A DNA stretch of 64,000 nt from Octopus vulgaris (Eukaryota): assembly GCA_951406725.2 (NCBI GenBank), contig OX597828.1, positions 56,668,001-56,732,000 of the forward strand, in the 5' to 3' direction. This document shows, one piece after another, positions 27,093-40,129 of this stretch. Made by a program: the position numbers and the translations under genes. Under the pieces are notes generated by a model. The model worked only from the letters and a program-made list of their open reading frames with translations. It had not been told where the DNA came from and did not search any database. Numbering within the stretch: the first letter of the stretch is position 1; each line of letters starts with the position of its first letter.

Positions 27093-27364
27093 GTAATTTC
27101 CATTTAGCGCCTTCATAAGCCATTCGTATGCAAACTTAGAATTTCCATTTCTGTATTACTAATGAATATAGAAAATAAGATTACATATTGTAATCGAATG
27201 TTCCCGTCAGTTTTGGAAGCTACATTTATGTTACATTTTGTCAAGTTACTTGAAACTGATTCATATGCAAGGTAATAGAAATACTTATAAATTCATTAAA
27301 TGATCACACTGACGTGATGAATAGCAGTAAAAATGTCTACCTTATTAATATTTTAGAGCTGAAT

Positions 27365-27409
<45 letters not shown>

Positions 27410-27669
27410 ATTATTGCTTCAGATCATTTTAATATAACTTTCCCGAAAAATATCACACATCTAAAAGTCATATTTAATAATTATGCTTTGCTTGTGTACT
27501 GGTTAAAGATACGGAGAATATACACTTCGCCAAAAACCACATGTCTTAGATGTCAAACATATATTAACAAGAATACTGAGGGTTGTATGGATAGATATAT
27601 AAATACATACAGACATACATTTACACGTGCGCACAGATACAGTTGTATATATAACGATTCTCGCAAGGG

Positions 27670-29553
27670 ATGGGGGGGGGGGCAGTTGTCCATTTAGACC
27701 AATCAAAGGCTTTTGATAGGGTCGGGCATCCCTACCTGGTGTCCGTTCTGGCGCGGTTCGGCCTGGGTCTTGGCTTCCTCAGATGGATCATTGAAATTTA
27801 TCACAACATCAACACGGTAGTTCGGGTGAACAGCTTTTTATTTAAGCTATTCAGCATCATATGCTCGATTCGTCAAGGGTATCCTCTCCCCACGATTTTG
27901 TATGTAGTGGCTCTTCAGCCATTGCTGCAAAAACTGAGCGACATCCTGAGACAGCCAGGATGTGGAGAGTCGGTTTCAGCGTATGGGGACGTCATTACCA
28001 TCATCGTAACCGAAATCGATCACCTACAGAGGGTAGGCAAGGCCATTGAGGAATACGAGACGGTGGCAGGAGCAAAGGATAATCGTGAAAAGTCAGTCGG
28101 TTTGCAGCTCGACGCCTGGAGAGGCAAGTCGATGCTTCCTGACAGCGTCGTGGGACTTTGGACAGAGGATCCGATTAAGTTGCTCCAAATAGAGAAGTAC
28201 TGGGCCTAGGTGGTGAGCAGGGTGGCCCACATAGCGAAGACCTGGTCTTGGCGGTGGCTATCTCTGAAAGGGGGGGGGCAGAGGTGGCCAGTGTGTTCCT
28301 CGCATAGGTCATCACCTATCGCCTAACCGCCGTTCCTTGTCGTGATTCGTGGTTGATCAAACTGCGAAGACAGCTCTTCCGCTTCTTGTGGAAGGACTCG
28401 CATCCGCTTGTGAGACGCTCTATTTGCTGCCAACAACAGTTAATGGGTGAGCTAGGAATGCCTTTGCTGATGATGTGCAGGCACGCGCTGAAGTTGTGGT
28501 ATCTGCGGATCCATCTGGATGGTGGGCGTGTGTGGTCTCCGCTGGCGAAACAGATGTTTCCCAAGTTCTCTTCTTTCGATGGACCTGGGAACCTGGTTCT
28601 ATCGTAGATCGAAGTTGGGTACATTGTTCACGGAGTATTGTAAGGCTCTCCGAACATTCCGTCGCTCGGGCGACGCCTGCGGAAGTGGTTCTACCACATT
28701 CTTCTGAAATTGTTGGTAGAGGCGAAATGTGACGATGCCTTGGGGGAAGCCCTAGGTCTCGATGATAATCAGCTGACCAATCTGTTCCAACGTAAATTCG
28801 TGCCGAAGACAGTGAATAACTTCCAGAAGTCCTTGGCATGACAACGTTACCGAGGAGCCTTACCTGTCCGGGACAAGCTCGCAAGGCTTTGTGGCCCTGG
28901 CTCACCAACCTGTCTAAGGTGTGGGAGGGACAGGGAAACCCTCCCGCACGCAATTGTTCAGTGTTCAGAGGTGTCAAATGTGTCGGCTTATGCCGAACAG
29001 CTGTTGTCAAGTACAGGAAGAGTACAGCTATCGACTGAATCAATAATAAAAATTGACCCACCGAATTTTCTATCGAAAGAAGGTAGAAAAATGATTTCTC
29101 ATCGTAGTAGCAATTGCGAGAGAGGCGATTTGGAAGACGCGAGTGAATGGATTAATAACAGGCATTTTCATCTCTGGCCCTGGCTTGGTGAATTTCTTCA
29201 CCTTCCATCTTAAAAGGAAAATAGGGTTCGAAAGAAAATGCCTGTCCACGAAAATGTTTCAAGAGCGATGGAAGAATGTCGCACCAATGTTGCGTATGAA
29301 TGGTACCGCATGATTACAACGCGGGACGAACCTAAAGCATCAGGGGTGAGGCAGGACTCGTGTGGTCAGAGCATATCCCGCCTCCCCACTCCATTCTGTA
29401 TTTTGTATAGGTTGTTTTGTGATCATTCGAACTATTAATATATTTGTAAAATTTTTTTAATTCATCTTTGTGCAAATTCATACATCAAATTTGACCACAT
29501 ATCAGATTGCACTGTCCCCTCTTTGTTTTCCTCTTACGGGAAATAAAAAAAAA
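27670..29553 (+). mobile_element. L1/Tx1-clade LINE RT plus C-terminus, 5'-truncated and decayed
   Basis: LDQSKAFDRV, IRQGYPL, AYGDVI (YADD-like), FRFLWK, GELGMP; AATAAAAAAAAA end. Confidence 0.9.
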
Positions 29554-29629
29554 TTAGAGCTGCGTCGTCGAATGTAGTCCAACTGCTACGTTGAGCGTCT
29601 ATGCTTTGCTAATCTCCTATGATCGTCGA

Positions 29630-30250
29630 TTAAAACGAAGGGACAACATGCTTCATTAAAACTGTTTTCTTCTGAGGAAGACGGCGGCTGATACAGTTGC
29701 CATGCTTCTAACAATTTATGAGGACGCTGCCATGAGTAAAAGAAGTTTACGAGTGGTATTTACGCTTTAGGAATGGTCACGTCTCGCTTGAAGATCAATT
29801 TCGTTTAGGGAGTCCGTCGATCTCCCGAAGGAATGACAACATCATGAAAATTCAGTGAAATGATCTGGGAGGACCAGCACGGAACAATTGGCGAACTTAT
29901 TGATATGCCTTATTGATATGTGTCCTAGACCTCCTGCCAACGATTCATGAGCGAAGACTTGCGAATGAAAAGAGTTGCAGAAAAATTTGTGCCTCGCTTA
30001 CTCATGGAAGGTCCAAAGCAGTAGCGATTGAATGCGTGTCGTGAACTGAAAGAATAGTTGGAAATTTGATCCGAACCTTTTTGAGAAGATCATCACTGGT
30101 GATGAAAGGTGGTGCTACGGAATTTGAAGACGTGGGAGAAGTGAAAAAAAAACGACTGGGTCGTTAAAAGGTAGCACTATGCAAAAACTCTAGCACTGCT
30201 TCGAACAGTGTATTGGACCGATGCATTGCTTCAAATGGAGAATACTTTGT
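29630..30250 (+). mobile_element. Internally deleted mariner transposase remnant
   Basis: MKRVAEKFVPRLL, KIITGDERWCYG, RCIASNGEYF. Confidence 0.85.
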
Positions 30251-30254
30251 TAAA

Positions 30255-31810
30255 TATCATTGTATTGTTTATATAATATAAGGAAGCAGGGGACAATAAA
30301 GTATATATACAGTGCACTACTATTACACGAGACTCAACTTTCTATATCGAAGGCTCACAAATAATTGTTTACCATCCCGAAATCCCAATCGCTCACACTT
30401 CGTTACTTTACTTATAATAATGAGTCCATCTTTTAGTCATTTGAGGATTGGTTGAAGTTTTCCGCATCATCTCTTTTTTAGAATTAGTCCCTCCTACCTT
30501 CTTCCCTTTCGAAAATTGAACTCCACTCTGAGTTTTAATATCTTTTAAGGTTCAATTCCAGCGCAAATCTCAGCACCCTATGATTTTATTATTCTTTTTC
30601 TTAACGAACACAGTGGGAGATACCCATTGAGACGATTTCACTCGCTGGTTAACTCTAAGTTTTTGCAGTTTATTATTTTTGACATACATAAATTTTCTTT
30701 GAGGCTCGTTCCTACTTTTTTTAACCCGTAATCCTTTTACGCGATTTTTTCCGTAGTACAGCTTTTTAGGTTCTGTCCTACAATGCGACTTTTTATGGCC
30801 TATTTTACCACTCTGGAAGCATTTTATATTTTTAAGCGGACGATTCTTTAAATATGTAGGCCATGGGTTCGTTCTTGAGATTTTCTCTTTTATTTCTTAT
30901 TTGTTCCTCGTCGACATGTCAGAATTTGAGAGCAATCTTTCTCTTCACTTTTATTTGAACCATGTGGAAGATTAATAACCTTGTGACATTCTTCTGCTTC
31001 TGCCTGCAGAGTTCAATTTTGATCCTGTTCTAATTTCGTTAATTTCCAGGAACCTATATCTGCATCTTTGCTTGCCGTAAGCAATTGAACAAACATTAAT
31101 TACTTTAAAATGTCCTCATTCTGTTTGAATTTCTCACACTCTCTGCTGACCACTGTGGAATAAGTCACTAGATTTAATTAATTTTTTTGACCAAATATAA
31201 ACATTTCCAGCGAGTATTGAAAAGGAAACTTCTTTCACTGAAAATTTCTGATGAAATGTTAATTGTTTCTTCGAAGCAAATCTCACCTGGCACCTTTGGC
31301 AATATATAATGACTATATATTTCGTGTTCGGAGAGAATAACTTTCTTAAAAGTAGTCGAAATTTTTTATCAGCCCAACTTTTCAGATTTCTTCGTATCTA
31401 CGAAAATATGCAGAAACGTTAACCCTTTCTTCTGGATTATATCTGAAATCTTCTATTGAGTTTGGTCTGTTGTCTGGCGAGTACGTGGTTGATAAACATT
31501 TGCACCGATGTATAAATTGAGAAAATAACACAATTGTATTTGTTGCTGTCGAAGTTGCTGCTGCTATGGCTGCTGCTGCTGCTGTAACTGCTGTTGTTGT
31601 AGTTACTCAAAAAACTACACCGCACAAGTCAATAAGACTTCCATGTTAAAACGATTTTTCGTTTGGTGTTGTGCCAAAGACAAACGTCCAACGCAAGCTT
31701 CGATCAACTCATAACCGCTTTTATATCTTCGTATTAGATATATAATATAACAAAGCAGTGGGGGAAGAAAATATATACATGACGCACTACTATTACGCCG
31801 GGAAGATGTC
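30255..31810 (-). mobile_element. Internally deleted Gypsy-type LTR retrotransposon
   Basis: Diverged ~80-bp direct repeats (~30260-30335 and ~31728-31800); gag remnant AYFRRYE...YILPK..GEICFEET...LFNTRWKCL; knuckle CFQSGKIGHKKSHC; RT start SSQWVSPTVFVKKKN. Confidence 0.8.
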
Positions 31811-31875
31811 TTCATTTGTTCAGGATGTAAGAAACATTATGTTTATTCATCAAAAAACCACATCCGATAATATTA

Positions 31876-31920
<45 letters not shown>

Positions 31921-31923
<3 letters not shown>

Positions 31924-34850
31924 CTTAGAATAACTTAGAAAGGTTTTGGCCAGTATTGGCCCAGGCCATGTCTAACTTAATAGCACCACCTGGTGAAGTC
32001 TTTCAGTTCAGGATTTGGGCACCAAGGCCCATTCGAGCAGAGAGTTATTGTTTGCGGAGACATATCCGGGTGTGGGTGGTTTGTCCGGTACTGTTTGAAG
32101 GAATTTGTCCAAAGACTTCTTGAATTTTGTGTGGTCAGTTTCTTTTTTTGACGTGCCCTGGTGTAATGTTGAAGAGAGCAGGTCCAATTGAGGTGAAATA
32201 GTTGTGCCGTATTGTCGTTATGTGATGCGATTTAGATTTTTGTTGTGGACGGATGGCACGTGGTCCAAGCCTTGGATGTATTTTGAAGGTGATGCCAACA
32301 TCATTCGAACAGTGCTGGTGGAATATTTTCCACATCATACAGATAATGTAGCGTTCACGGCGTCGTTGGAGTGAATACAATTTCAGCTTCTCTAGTCTAC
32401 CCCAGTAGTCAAGGTCTGACATGCCATCTATCTTTTTTGTGATTGACCTTTGGGGAGCTTCAATTCTCATAATATTTTGTTTTGTGTAGGGAGACCACAG
32501 TGGACAGCAGTATTCAAGGTGGGGTCGGGCAAAAGTGGAGAAGAGAAGGATAATAGCGTGGGAATCTCTCGACTGGAAGGTTCTGAGAATCCAGGAACAC
32601 ATTCTGCGGGCCATGTCAACTTTACTGCTTATATGTGTAGCCCAGCTTATATTGTTGTCCACTGTTACTCCCAGGTCTCTGATGTTGTTGGATGCCATGA
32701 GAATTTCTCCAGAAGGAAGAGAGTATGGGAGTTTCAGAGCGTCCTCCCTTCCAAAGTGGATCAGTTCAAATTTGTCTTCATTTAGCAATATGTTATTCTT
32801 TTCCGCCCATTGGACAACAGCCAGTAGGTCTGACTGAAGGTTTATTTGGTCATCCACGCCATTGATGACCTTCTGGAGCTTGGAGTCATCAGCGAAGGTT
32901 CTGATGTTACTGTGTTTGATGGTATCAGTAATATCATTTATGTAGATGATGAAGAGAAGTGGGCCCAACACAGTGCCTTGTGGGACACCACTGCTGACTT
33001 TGGCTGGGCTGGATTTGACTCCTTCGACTACAACATGTTGGGTTCTGTTAGACAGGAAGCACTTGATCCACTGCAGCAACTTTCCAGTGACACCAATATT
33101 GGACAGCTTTCTCAGAAGGATCTTATGATCAACCCTGTCAAAGGCCTTGCTGAAATCAAGGTAGATGACATCAGTGTTGGAACCTTCTCCCAAGGCTCTC
33201 AAAATGTCATCAAAATGATGCAGTAGCTACGTCAGGCAATCTCTCCCATTACGGAATCCATGCTGGTTGGGGTTCAGCATATTATGCCTCTCAAGGAAGT
33301 GAGTCATACGCGATCTCAGCACCCTCTCAAATACCTTGATGATATGAGAGGTGAGTGAGATTGGACGGTAATTCACGGCAAGCGATTTGTTTCCTTTTTT
33401 GAAAACTGGGACAACAGACTGGGATAGAAGGTCCTCTGGTATATATCCAGCATCCAGTGAGTTCCGCCACAGATTGGCTAGAGGGGGTGCAAGTTGGTTT
33501 TGACACATCTTCAAGACACAAGCAGGGAACCTATCGGGACCTACTGCTGAATTATGCTTAATTTCCTTTATTGCTGCTAAGACATCAGGAGCGCCAAATG
33601 TTATGTCCGATAAAGTGTATTGGGGAGTAACATCACTGATACAGCCCAGATCAGTCATATCAGGATTGCTGAAAACAGAGCAATATTGTTTCTGCAATAT
33701 CTCTCCCATGGTTTTGGCATTGTCTTGAAGAGTACCATTTTCATCAATCAGAGGGCCAACAGTAGAACCAGTGACTCTGTGTTTTTTTGCAAATGAAAAG
33801 AACACTTTGGGATTGAGTTTGATCTTCTCAATGGCCCAGGCCTCTTCAGCTCTTCGCTGACTATTGATGATAGACATCATGTTGTTTTGGAGTTTATGTT
33901 TTTTAATCTCTAGCGACGAGATGGCAGTCAGGTTGGTGTGTTGCTGTTGACAGTATTTCAGCATGTTGATCTTTTTGTTGATTCTTTTAATTTTCCTTAT
34001 GAGAGATTTTCTATTTCTAGGGATTCGACACTTAGATTTGTTTGCAGATCTTAATGGGGTGTGTCTTGCACATATGTTCGTGATGGTGTCTACAAGTGAC
34101 TGCCAGGACATTTTAATGTTAGTGGGTGTGTATGTGTGCGTGAAGGACCAATCGACTTGTGCAAGATCATTATTGATCGCTTCCCAGTTTGCATTGTGGA
34201 AATCCATAGTGTCAAATGGATGAACAGGAGGGATGACATTTGTTTTGCATTTTGGCCAGTGAAATCTCAGATCACAGAGAACCATGTCATGGTCGGAGAG
34301 TAGGGTTTTCTCCACTGCAATATTGTGGATAGTATCAGTGTGATTGCTGAAAATTAAGTCTAAGACGTTTTTGTGACATCTCGTTGGTTCAAGTACCAGT
34401 TGGGACAAGAAGAAGTCATCCATGAAGTCAAGAAGCGATTCCACTGCCTCCCTGTCAGGGGTTGAGAGAGAAGAACCTGGCGGCAGACTGTTTGTAGACC
34501 AGTCAACCCCGGGAAGGTTGAAGTCTCCCATCATTAAAATGTTGTCAGGTTGACACTGCTGAATGAAACACTTTATGCTGTTGAGGCATTCCTTGAAGCA
34601 TGGTAGGGGCGTTTGGGGTGGTCTGTAGAGCCCAACTACTGTTAAGTTGTTGGTTTGACTGAATACAGCGACTGCTTCGCAGTATCCATTCGAAAATATG
34701 TTCATGGCTTCTGTTGAGAATGAATCATGGACATAAATGGCAGTCCCACCCTTTCTTCTGCCAGCACGATCAGCACGAATGGTTTTGAAATTTTTAACTT
34801 TCACCTCGGCTTCCAAGTGGAGGTCACTAAGATGGGTTTCAGTGAGGACA
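31921..34850 (-). mobile_element. Near-intact CR1-group LINE ORF2 (APE endonuclease + RT), 5'-truncated
   Basis: LTETHL, YRPP, GDFN, LDLIF, SDH; YRPISLTS, QHGFR, LDFSKAFD, GVPQG, FADD; one TAG at 33227-33229 and one extra A near 32145; tail (TTCTAAGTTA)2; flanked by (TA)n. Confidence 0.95.
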
Positions 34851-34863
34851 TATATATATATAT

Positions 34864-35260
34864 AGGCGCAGGAGTGGCTATGTGGTAAGTAGCTTGCTAA
34901 CCAACCACATGGTTCCGGGGGCAAGTGTCTTCTGCTATAGCCTCGGGCCGACCAAAGCCTTATGAGTGGATTTGGTAGACGGAAACTGAAAAGAAGCCTG
35001 TCGTATATATGTATATATATATATGTATGTGTGTGTATATGTGTGTGTGTCTGTGTTTGTCCCTCTAGCATTGCTTGACAACCGATGCTGGTATGTTTAC
35101 GACCCCGTCATTTAGCGGTTCGGCAAAAGATACCGATAGAATAAGTACTGGGCTTACAAAAGAATAAGCCCCAGGGTCGATTTGCTCGACTAAAGGCGGT
35201 GCTCCAGCATGGCTGCAGTCAAATGACTGAAACAAGTAAAAGAGTAAAAGAGTAAAAGAG
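34864..35260 (+). mobile_element. SINE family 3 (tRNA-like head, CORE-like GGCAAGT motif, internal (TA/TG)n)
   Basis: GGCGCAGGAGTGGCTATGTGGTAAG...; (AAAGAGT)n tail. Confidence 0.85.
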
Positions 35261-36359
35261 TATGTATGTATATATATACATTAATATTATAAAGAATATA
35301 AATAAAACATAAAAAACTGATTTGGAAATTCTTTGAATAAGATATATATATATATGAGGGGTGCTGAAAAACTGCTGGCCTTGGGGAACAGAAAATACAC
35401 GAGGATCAGGTTAGTATGATTTTATTCAACATATGTTATCAAGCAAAAACAAGCATCTCATCTGTATTGAAAATATAAAATAGCTGCAAGTCTTATGCCA
35501 CATATATTACATTTACCTGGCTCTGAACTGGTTACATTCATGTTTCATTTCAGCTACTGTGCCTCATTCTTATTACGTTGTAATTGTGTCACCTACTCTC
35601 ATGACATCACAGTTTGTATATAAATCATGCGTGCAAGAAACACGAATTCGTGTTTAGACACATAGAGATGGAATATTCTTAAACATTTCTCTGGATATAT
35701 TTAGGTACAATGAAATTTGAATGCACTGGAATGAAAAACACAAACATGCACACACATACACACACACAAATACACACACGAACACGCACATACATATATT
35801 TTTGCGTGTGTATGTGTGTGTGCATGTATATGTATCTTTGTATGCATATACATATGTGTGTGTGTGTGTGCGTGCATGAGGACCTGAGCGTTAAATATGA
35901 ATGCAAAGAAAAAAATATGGAACGGAAAAAAGAAAGCTAGAGTCAGATTTGAAGAAAAGGTTTAGCCTTGGGCTTAAACAGATGGGAGTAGTAACAATTC
36001 ACGCGCTCGTATTTCATTGGAAGTTGAACATTGGAGGATCACGCCTTCACATCCTGAATCCGCCCACAAGACGAACGCATTCCTACATAAGACTTCAAAT
36101 ATTGTCCGATTTTTTCCTCTCAGCCACATTTCTCCCTTTTCCATTCTGTCAATCCACCTTAGCTCGACTCAACAAATATTCGTTGATGTCTCTAATTTTC
36201 CAGTAATCCTAGATACTGATAACAGAATGAAATACGCTTTTATCAGATGGTGCAACTATAAACTGATCTACAAAAACATATAAGAATGCGGATATATAGA
36301 AAGAAGCGGTTGCGTAGATGTATAGATTCGTAACGGTATGTATTTATGCATATATATAT

Positions 36360-36758
36360 AGGAGCAGGAGTGGCTGTGTGGTAAGTAGCTTGCTAACCAA
36401 CCACATGGTTCCGGGTTTAGTCCCACTGCGTGGCACCTTGGGCAAGTGCCTTCTGCTGTAGCCCCGGACCGAACAATGCCTTGGGAGTGGATTTGGAAGA
36501 CGGAAACTGAAAGAAGCCTGTCGTATATATGTATATATATTTATATGTATGTGTGTGTTTGTGTGTCTGTGTTTGTTGCCCTAGCATTGCTTGACAACCG
36601 ATGTTGGTGTGTTTACATCCCCGTCACTTAGCGGTTCGGCAAAAGATACCGATAGAATAAGTACTGGGCTTACAAAGAATAAGTCCCGGGGTCGATTTCG
36701 TCGACTAATGGCGGTGCTCCAGCATGCCCGCAGTCAAATAACTGAAACAAGTAAAAGA

Positions 36759-36760
<2 letters not shown>
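36360..36760 (+). mobile_element. SINE family 3 (also ~42893, ~49462, ~55457)
   Basis: Full head including CCACTGCGTGGCACCTTGGGCAAGT. Confidence 0.85.
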
Positions 36761-36819
<59 letters not shown>

Positions 36820-37023
36820 AAGTAGATAAATGAATTATCTTATTACGGATAATTCAAATGATAACCGATACCTGGGTAGCAAAAATCACAACAGAAAAAG
36901 CACGGTTGAAGTTACGACCATGGGGCATAAAATCCGAGCCTTAGTGCGGAAATTTGAAGTTTTATATATTAAGTGTAGGAAGAAATGGAGCTGAACGAAG
37001 ATTTAACAAAATTCCTTTTTATT

Positions 37024-37109
37024 ATTTTCTACATATGTTTCGAAGGCTGCAAAGTCCCTAATTCGGATTGAATAAGGGGTCCATTTTGCAGCCTTCTCTT
37101 CAGGAAAAT
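37024..37109 (-). ncRNA. Hammerhead with long helix II (copies at 43540-43625 and 56120-56205)
   Basis: auuuuc-CUGAAGA-gaaggcugcaaa...uuugcagccuuc-GAAA-cauaug-UA-gaaaau. Confidence 0.88.
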
Positions 37110-37281
37110 CCAGGAAATTAATTCTCCAACAAAATGCACAGCAAGCTTTTCGACAAACGTATGTATGTATGCATGTGTGTATGTATTTGGAATTTACAGA
37201 AAAAAAACAAAAGTGAAGACGAAGACCGGTTCGTAAACAAGAAACGGATGTATTAGTTTAACGCTCGGGAAGTGAAGAAGT

Positions 37282-37318
37282 CTTTTATGTTTCGAGGTTA
37301 CGCTCTTCAACAGGAAAG
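37282..37318 (-). ncRNA. Degenerate minimal hammerhead, apparently related to 11984-12018
   Basis: CUGUUGA-a-gag(6 nt)cuc-GAAA-ca-UA-aaag; core mutated at A6. Confidence 0.4.
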
Positions 37319-37884
37319 GAACACAGAGGAAAAAAAACACTGCTTAGTGTCGAGTGATCAATCATGGCGACAGCCGGAAAGAGGTGGTCAGACAGGAAAA
37401 CTAGGAAGAAGGGGAGATTGTAATCGGGCATGATTGAAAAACGGGAAGAAAAGAGAAAGAAAGGAGAGGAAGTAGAAAAAACGGGAGAGAGAAAGGAAAA
37501 TAAAGACTCGAGGAGGAAAAATTCAAAAGGCGTGAGGAGAAAAATTACAATGAATGAGAGAAGCGAAAATATAAACAAGGAAAGAAAGAAGGAAGAAAGA
37601 GAGGGGAAATGAGAAGAAAGGGAGGTAGAGAGATGCAAATTAACAATGTGGGATATATGTGTGTGTGTATATATATATATACAGACATTTAAATAATATT
37701 TAAAATAATATAAATTAATTAATTAATTTTATGTATTGGCTTATGTTTTTCATTGTTTCATTTGCCTAATAGTGGTTTTATCTCTAATTTAATATAATAT
37801 AATATAATATATTTATACTATAAAATTGGATTTAATTCTAAATCTGATTTTTCCCTGTAAGTTTGGATTTATTCCCTAATATTT

Positions 37885-37951
<67 letters not shown>

Positions 37952-38190
37952 TATATATATTTAGAAATATGTATTTAAGCATGTATATATCTATATGTTT
38001 CTGTATGTGTACGAGGGAGAGACATTTGTATATATAAACATGCACACACGCTCTCGTACATTTATTCATATATGTAGGTGTATATACATATGTATATACA
38101 TATATGTAGGTCCCGGGTTGAGTCGGGGTTAACCACAGTAAATAAGGTACTCAATACATTGCAGAGTAAAGTAATATATTTTATAGAAGG

Positions 38191-38241
38191 AGCTTCTACA
38201 GGACTATAACTGTTTCATTCAAATGAAATCTTCAGGAAGCT
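38191..38241 (-). ncRNA. Type-I hammerhead able to fold as a monomer (copies at 44686-44736 and 57267-57317)
   Basis: agcuuc-CUGAAGA-uuuc(auuu)gaau-GAAA-cag(uuauaguc)cug-UA-gaagcu. Confidence 0.85.
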
Positions 38242-38446
38242 GGCTGTCAAAATAAGTTCTGGTATTTATGCATTTAGGCAGATTTAATGGAGTGGTGGTG
38301 GGGGACGTTTTTTGGGCAGGTTGGTATTTAGGAGATAAACAGGGCACTAGCTATTGTTCTTAGGGGATTGGTCAAAAGGCCAGAGTCAGTGAGAAAATAA
38401 AAAATAAAAAAAAATAATAATATATATATATATATATTTCTGTGTA

Positions 38447-38488
<42 letters not shown>

Positions 38489-38494
38489 CAAATA

Positions 38495-38753
38495 TATCAC
38501 GTGATCACGTGACTGACCAGGCCATCAGATGTTGCTACACATCGGTGGTCACAATGCGTTCGCGTTGTTTTGGCCTTCGAATGACGCCACCCCGCTGGCT
38601 AAGCGAGCAGGCCAACAGAAGAAAGAGTGGGAGAAAGAGAGGTGAAAGAATACAGCAGGGATCACCCCCGCCTGCCGGAGCGTCGTGGAGCTTTTAGGTG
38701 TTTTCGCACAATAAGCCGCGATCCGCTGCCCTAACCACTGGCCCATTGCGCCT

Positions 38754-38756
<3 letters not shown>
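38495..38756 (-). mobile_element. SINE family 1 with internally deleted head (also ~44995, ~51180, ~57575)
   Basis: GGAGGCGCAATGGGCCAGTGGTTAGGGCAGCGG head. Confidence 0.8.
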
Positions 38757-38833
<77 letters not shown>

Positions 38834-38910
38834 TGCAGTGTAGAAGGTGTTTGTAAGCCATTTAAGAAACACACAAAAGCCGTTCGATTCACTTCAACAT
38901 TTGAGTTTAA

Positions 38911-38959
38911 TTTGTCAAATATTTTCGTCGCTAAAATCCGCGACCTGTTCACTGACAAA
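38911..38959 (-). ncRNA. Hammerhead variant with G3:C8 swapped core (copies at 45408-45456 and 57975-58023)
   Basis: uuuguca-GUGAACA-g-gucgc(ggauuuua)gcgac-GAAA-aua-UU-ugacaaa. Confidence 0.7.
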
Positions 38960-39434
38960 AATCCGTGCTGCATCTGAGAAAGTAACAGTTAGTTCGTCAT
39001 ATATATATACGTATGTATGTGTGTATGTATGCATACATGTGTGTATGTATGTACGTATGCATGTACATACATACGCCTGTGTATGCATGTATGTTTGTAC
39101 TCATGTGCTACGTATGTATGTGAGTGTCTAGGAGAATGGGCAGACGTGTCTGTGAGAGTGGGTACATGTGTATGTGTATGTGAACGTATGTCCGTGTACT
39201 GGCATGTGTCCGTCCAAGTTGTGTACATGACTGTTACTTTGTTGAAGGTTGTATAGATATTCACATATATGTTTGTATAGACGCACACACACATATATAT
39301 AGGTGTGGGTGTGTGTTTGTTCCTCTCATCACCGTCTAACTGTGAATGGATACAACGCCTAAGTGCAACTGTACGTATCAAACAACGTTCGCTCATACGG
39401 TTATATATAAATATATAACTGCACATACGCATTG

Positions 39435-40129
39435 CAACCTGTACGTAAGGACTACAAGTAAACGAGAGAGAGAGAGGGGGTGGTAATAGAATAGTCCTTC
39501 TGAATGGGATCTGGATGTTACTCCATTCGGACTATCGGTTGAGAGTAGGTTTGTATTCTTGTATACAAACAGCTTCTGTGACCTGTCTCAACATTGCATC
39601 GGTGGGATGTGTTGATAGGATGTTCAACTTAAGTTTCCCTAAGGATCCCTTGAAACTATAGTCCGTATGTAGTACTCGGGTCTTCGAGGGAGGATGACCT
39701 CCCTTTGCAAATAACACAAGCGCACTGAGATAGTGTCTAAAGTCCTTCTGGTGACGTTGATCGCCTGGGGCTAAAAGCATCAGTAACACCCCCACCCCAC
39801 CCTAGTGGCTAGCCACATTCAGATGGCTAATACCCCTTACTTTGTTGAGCGGTTACTGTTTATATCTCGTTCAGAGATTTATTATTGTTTTCATACAGTT
39901 TTTCCACATCAGTGACGGTGGTTACTGTGAAAAACGTTATATATTATTTGCAAGGTGTCTCCTTCATCGAAGACCGGTGCTTACCATGCGTTGACGAGAG
40001 GCAATTACCTTGAAACTATAATCCGTATGTAGTACTCGGGTCTTCGAGGGAGGATGACCTCCCTAAAAGCATCAGTAACACCCGCCCCAGTGGCTAGCCA
40101 CATTCAGATGGCTAATACCCCTTACGTCG

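Noticed and set aside
34851-35071. N-terminal extension of the 614-aa ORF
   Set aside because: Read-through into (TA)n and an antisense SINE; LINE homology starts at LTETHL
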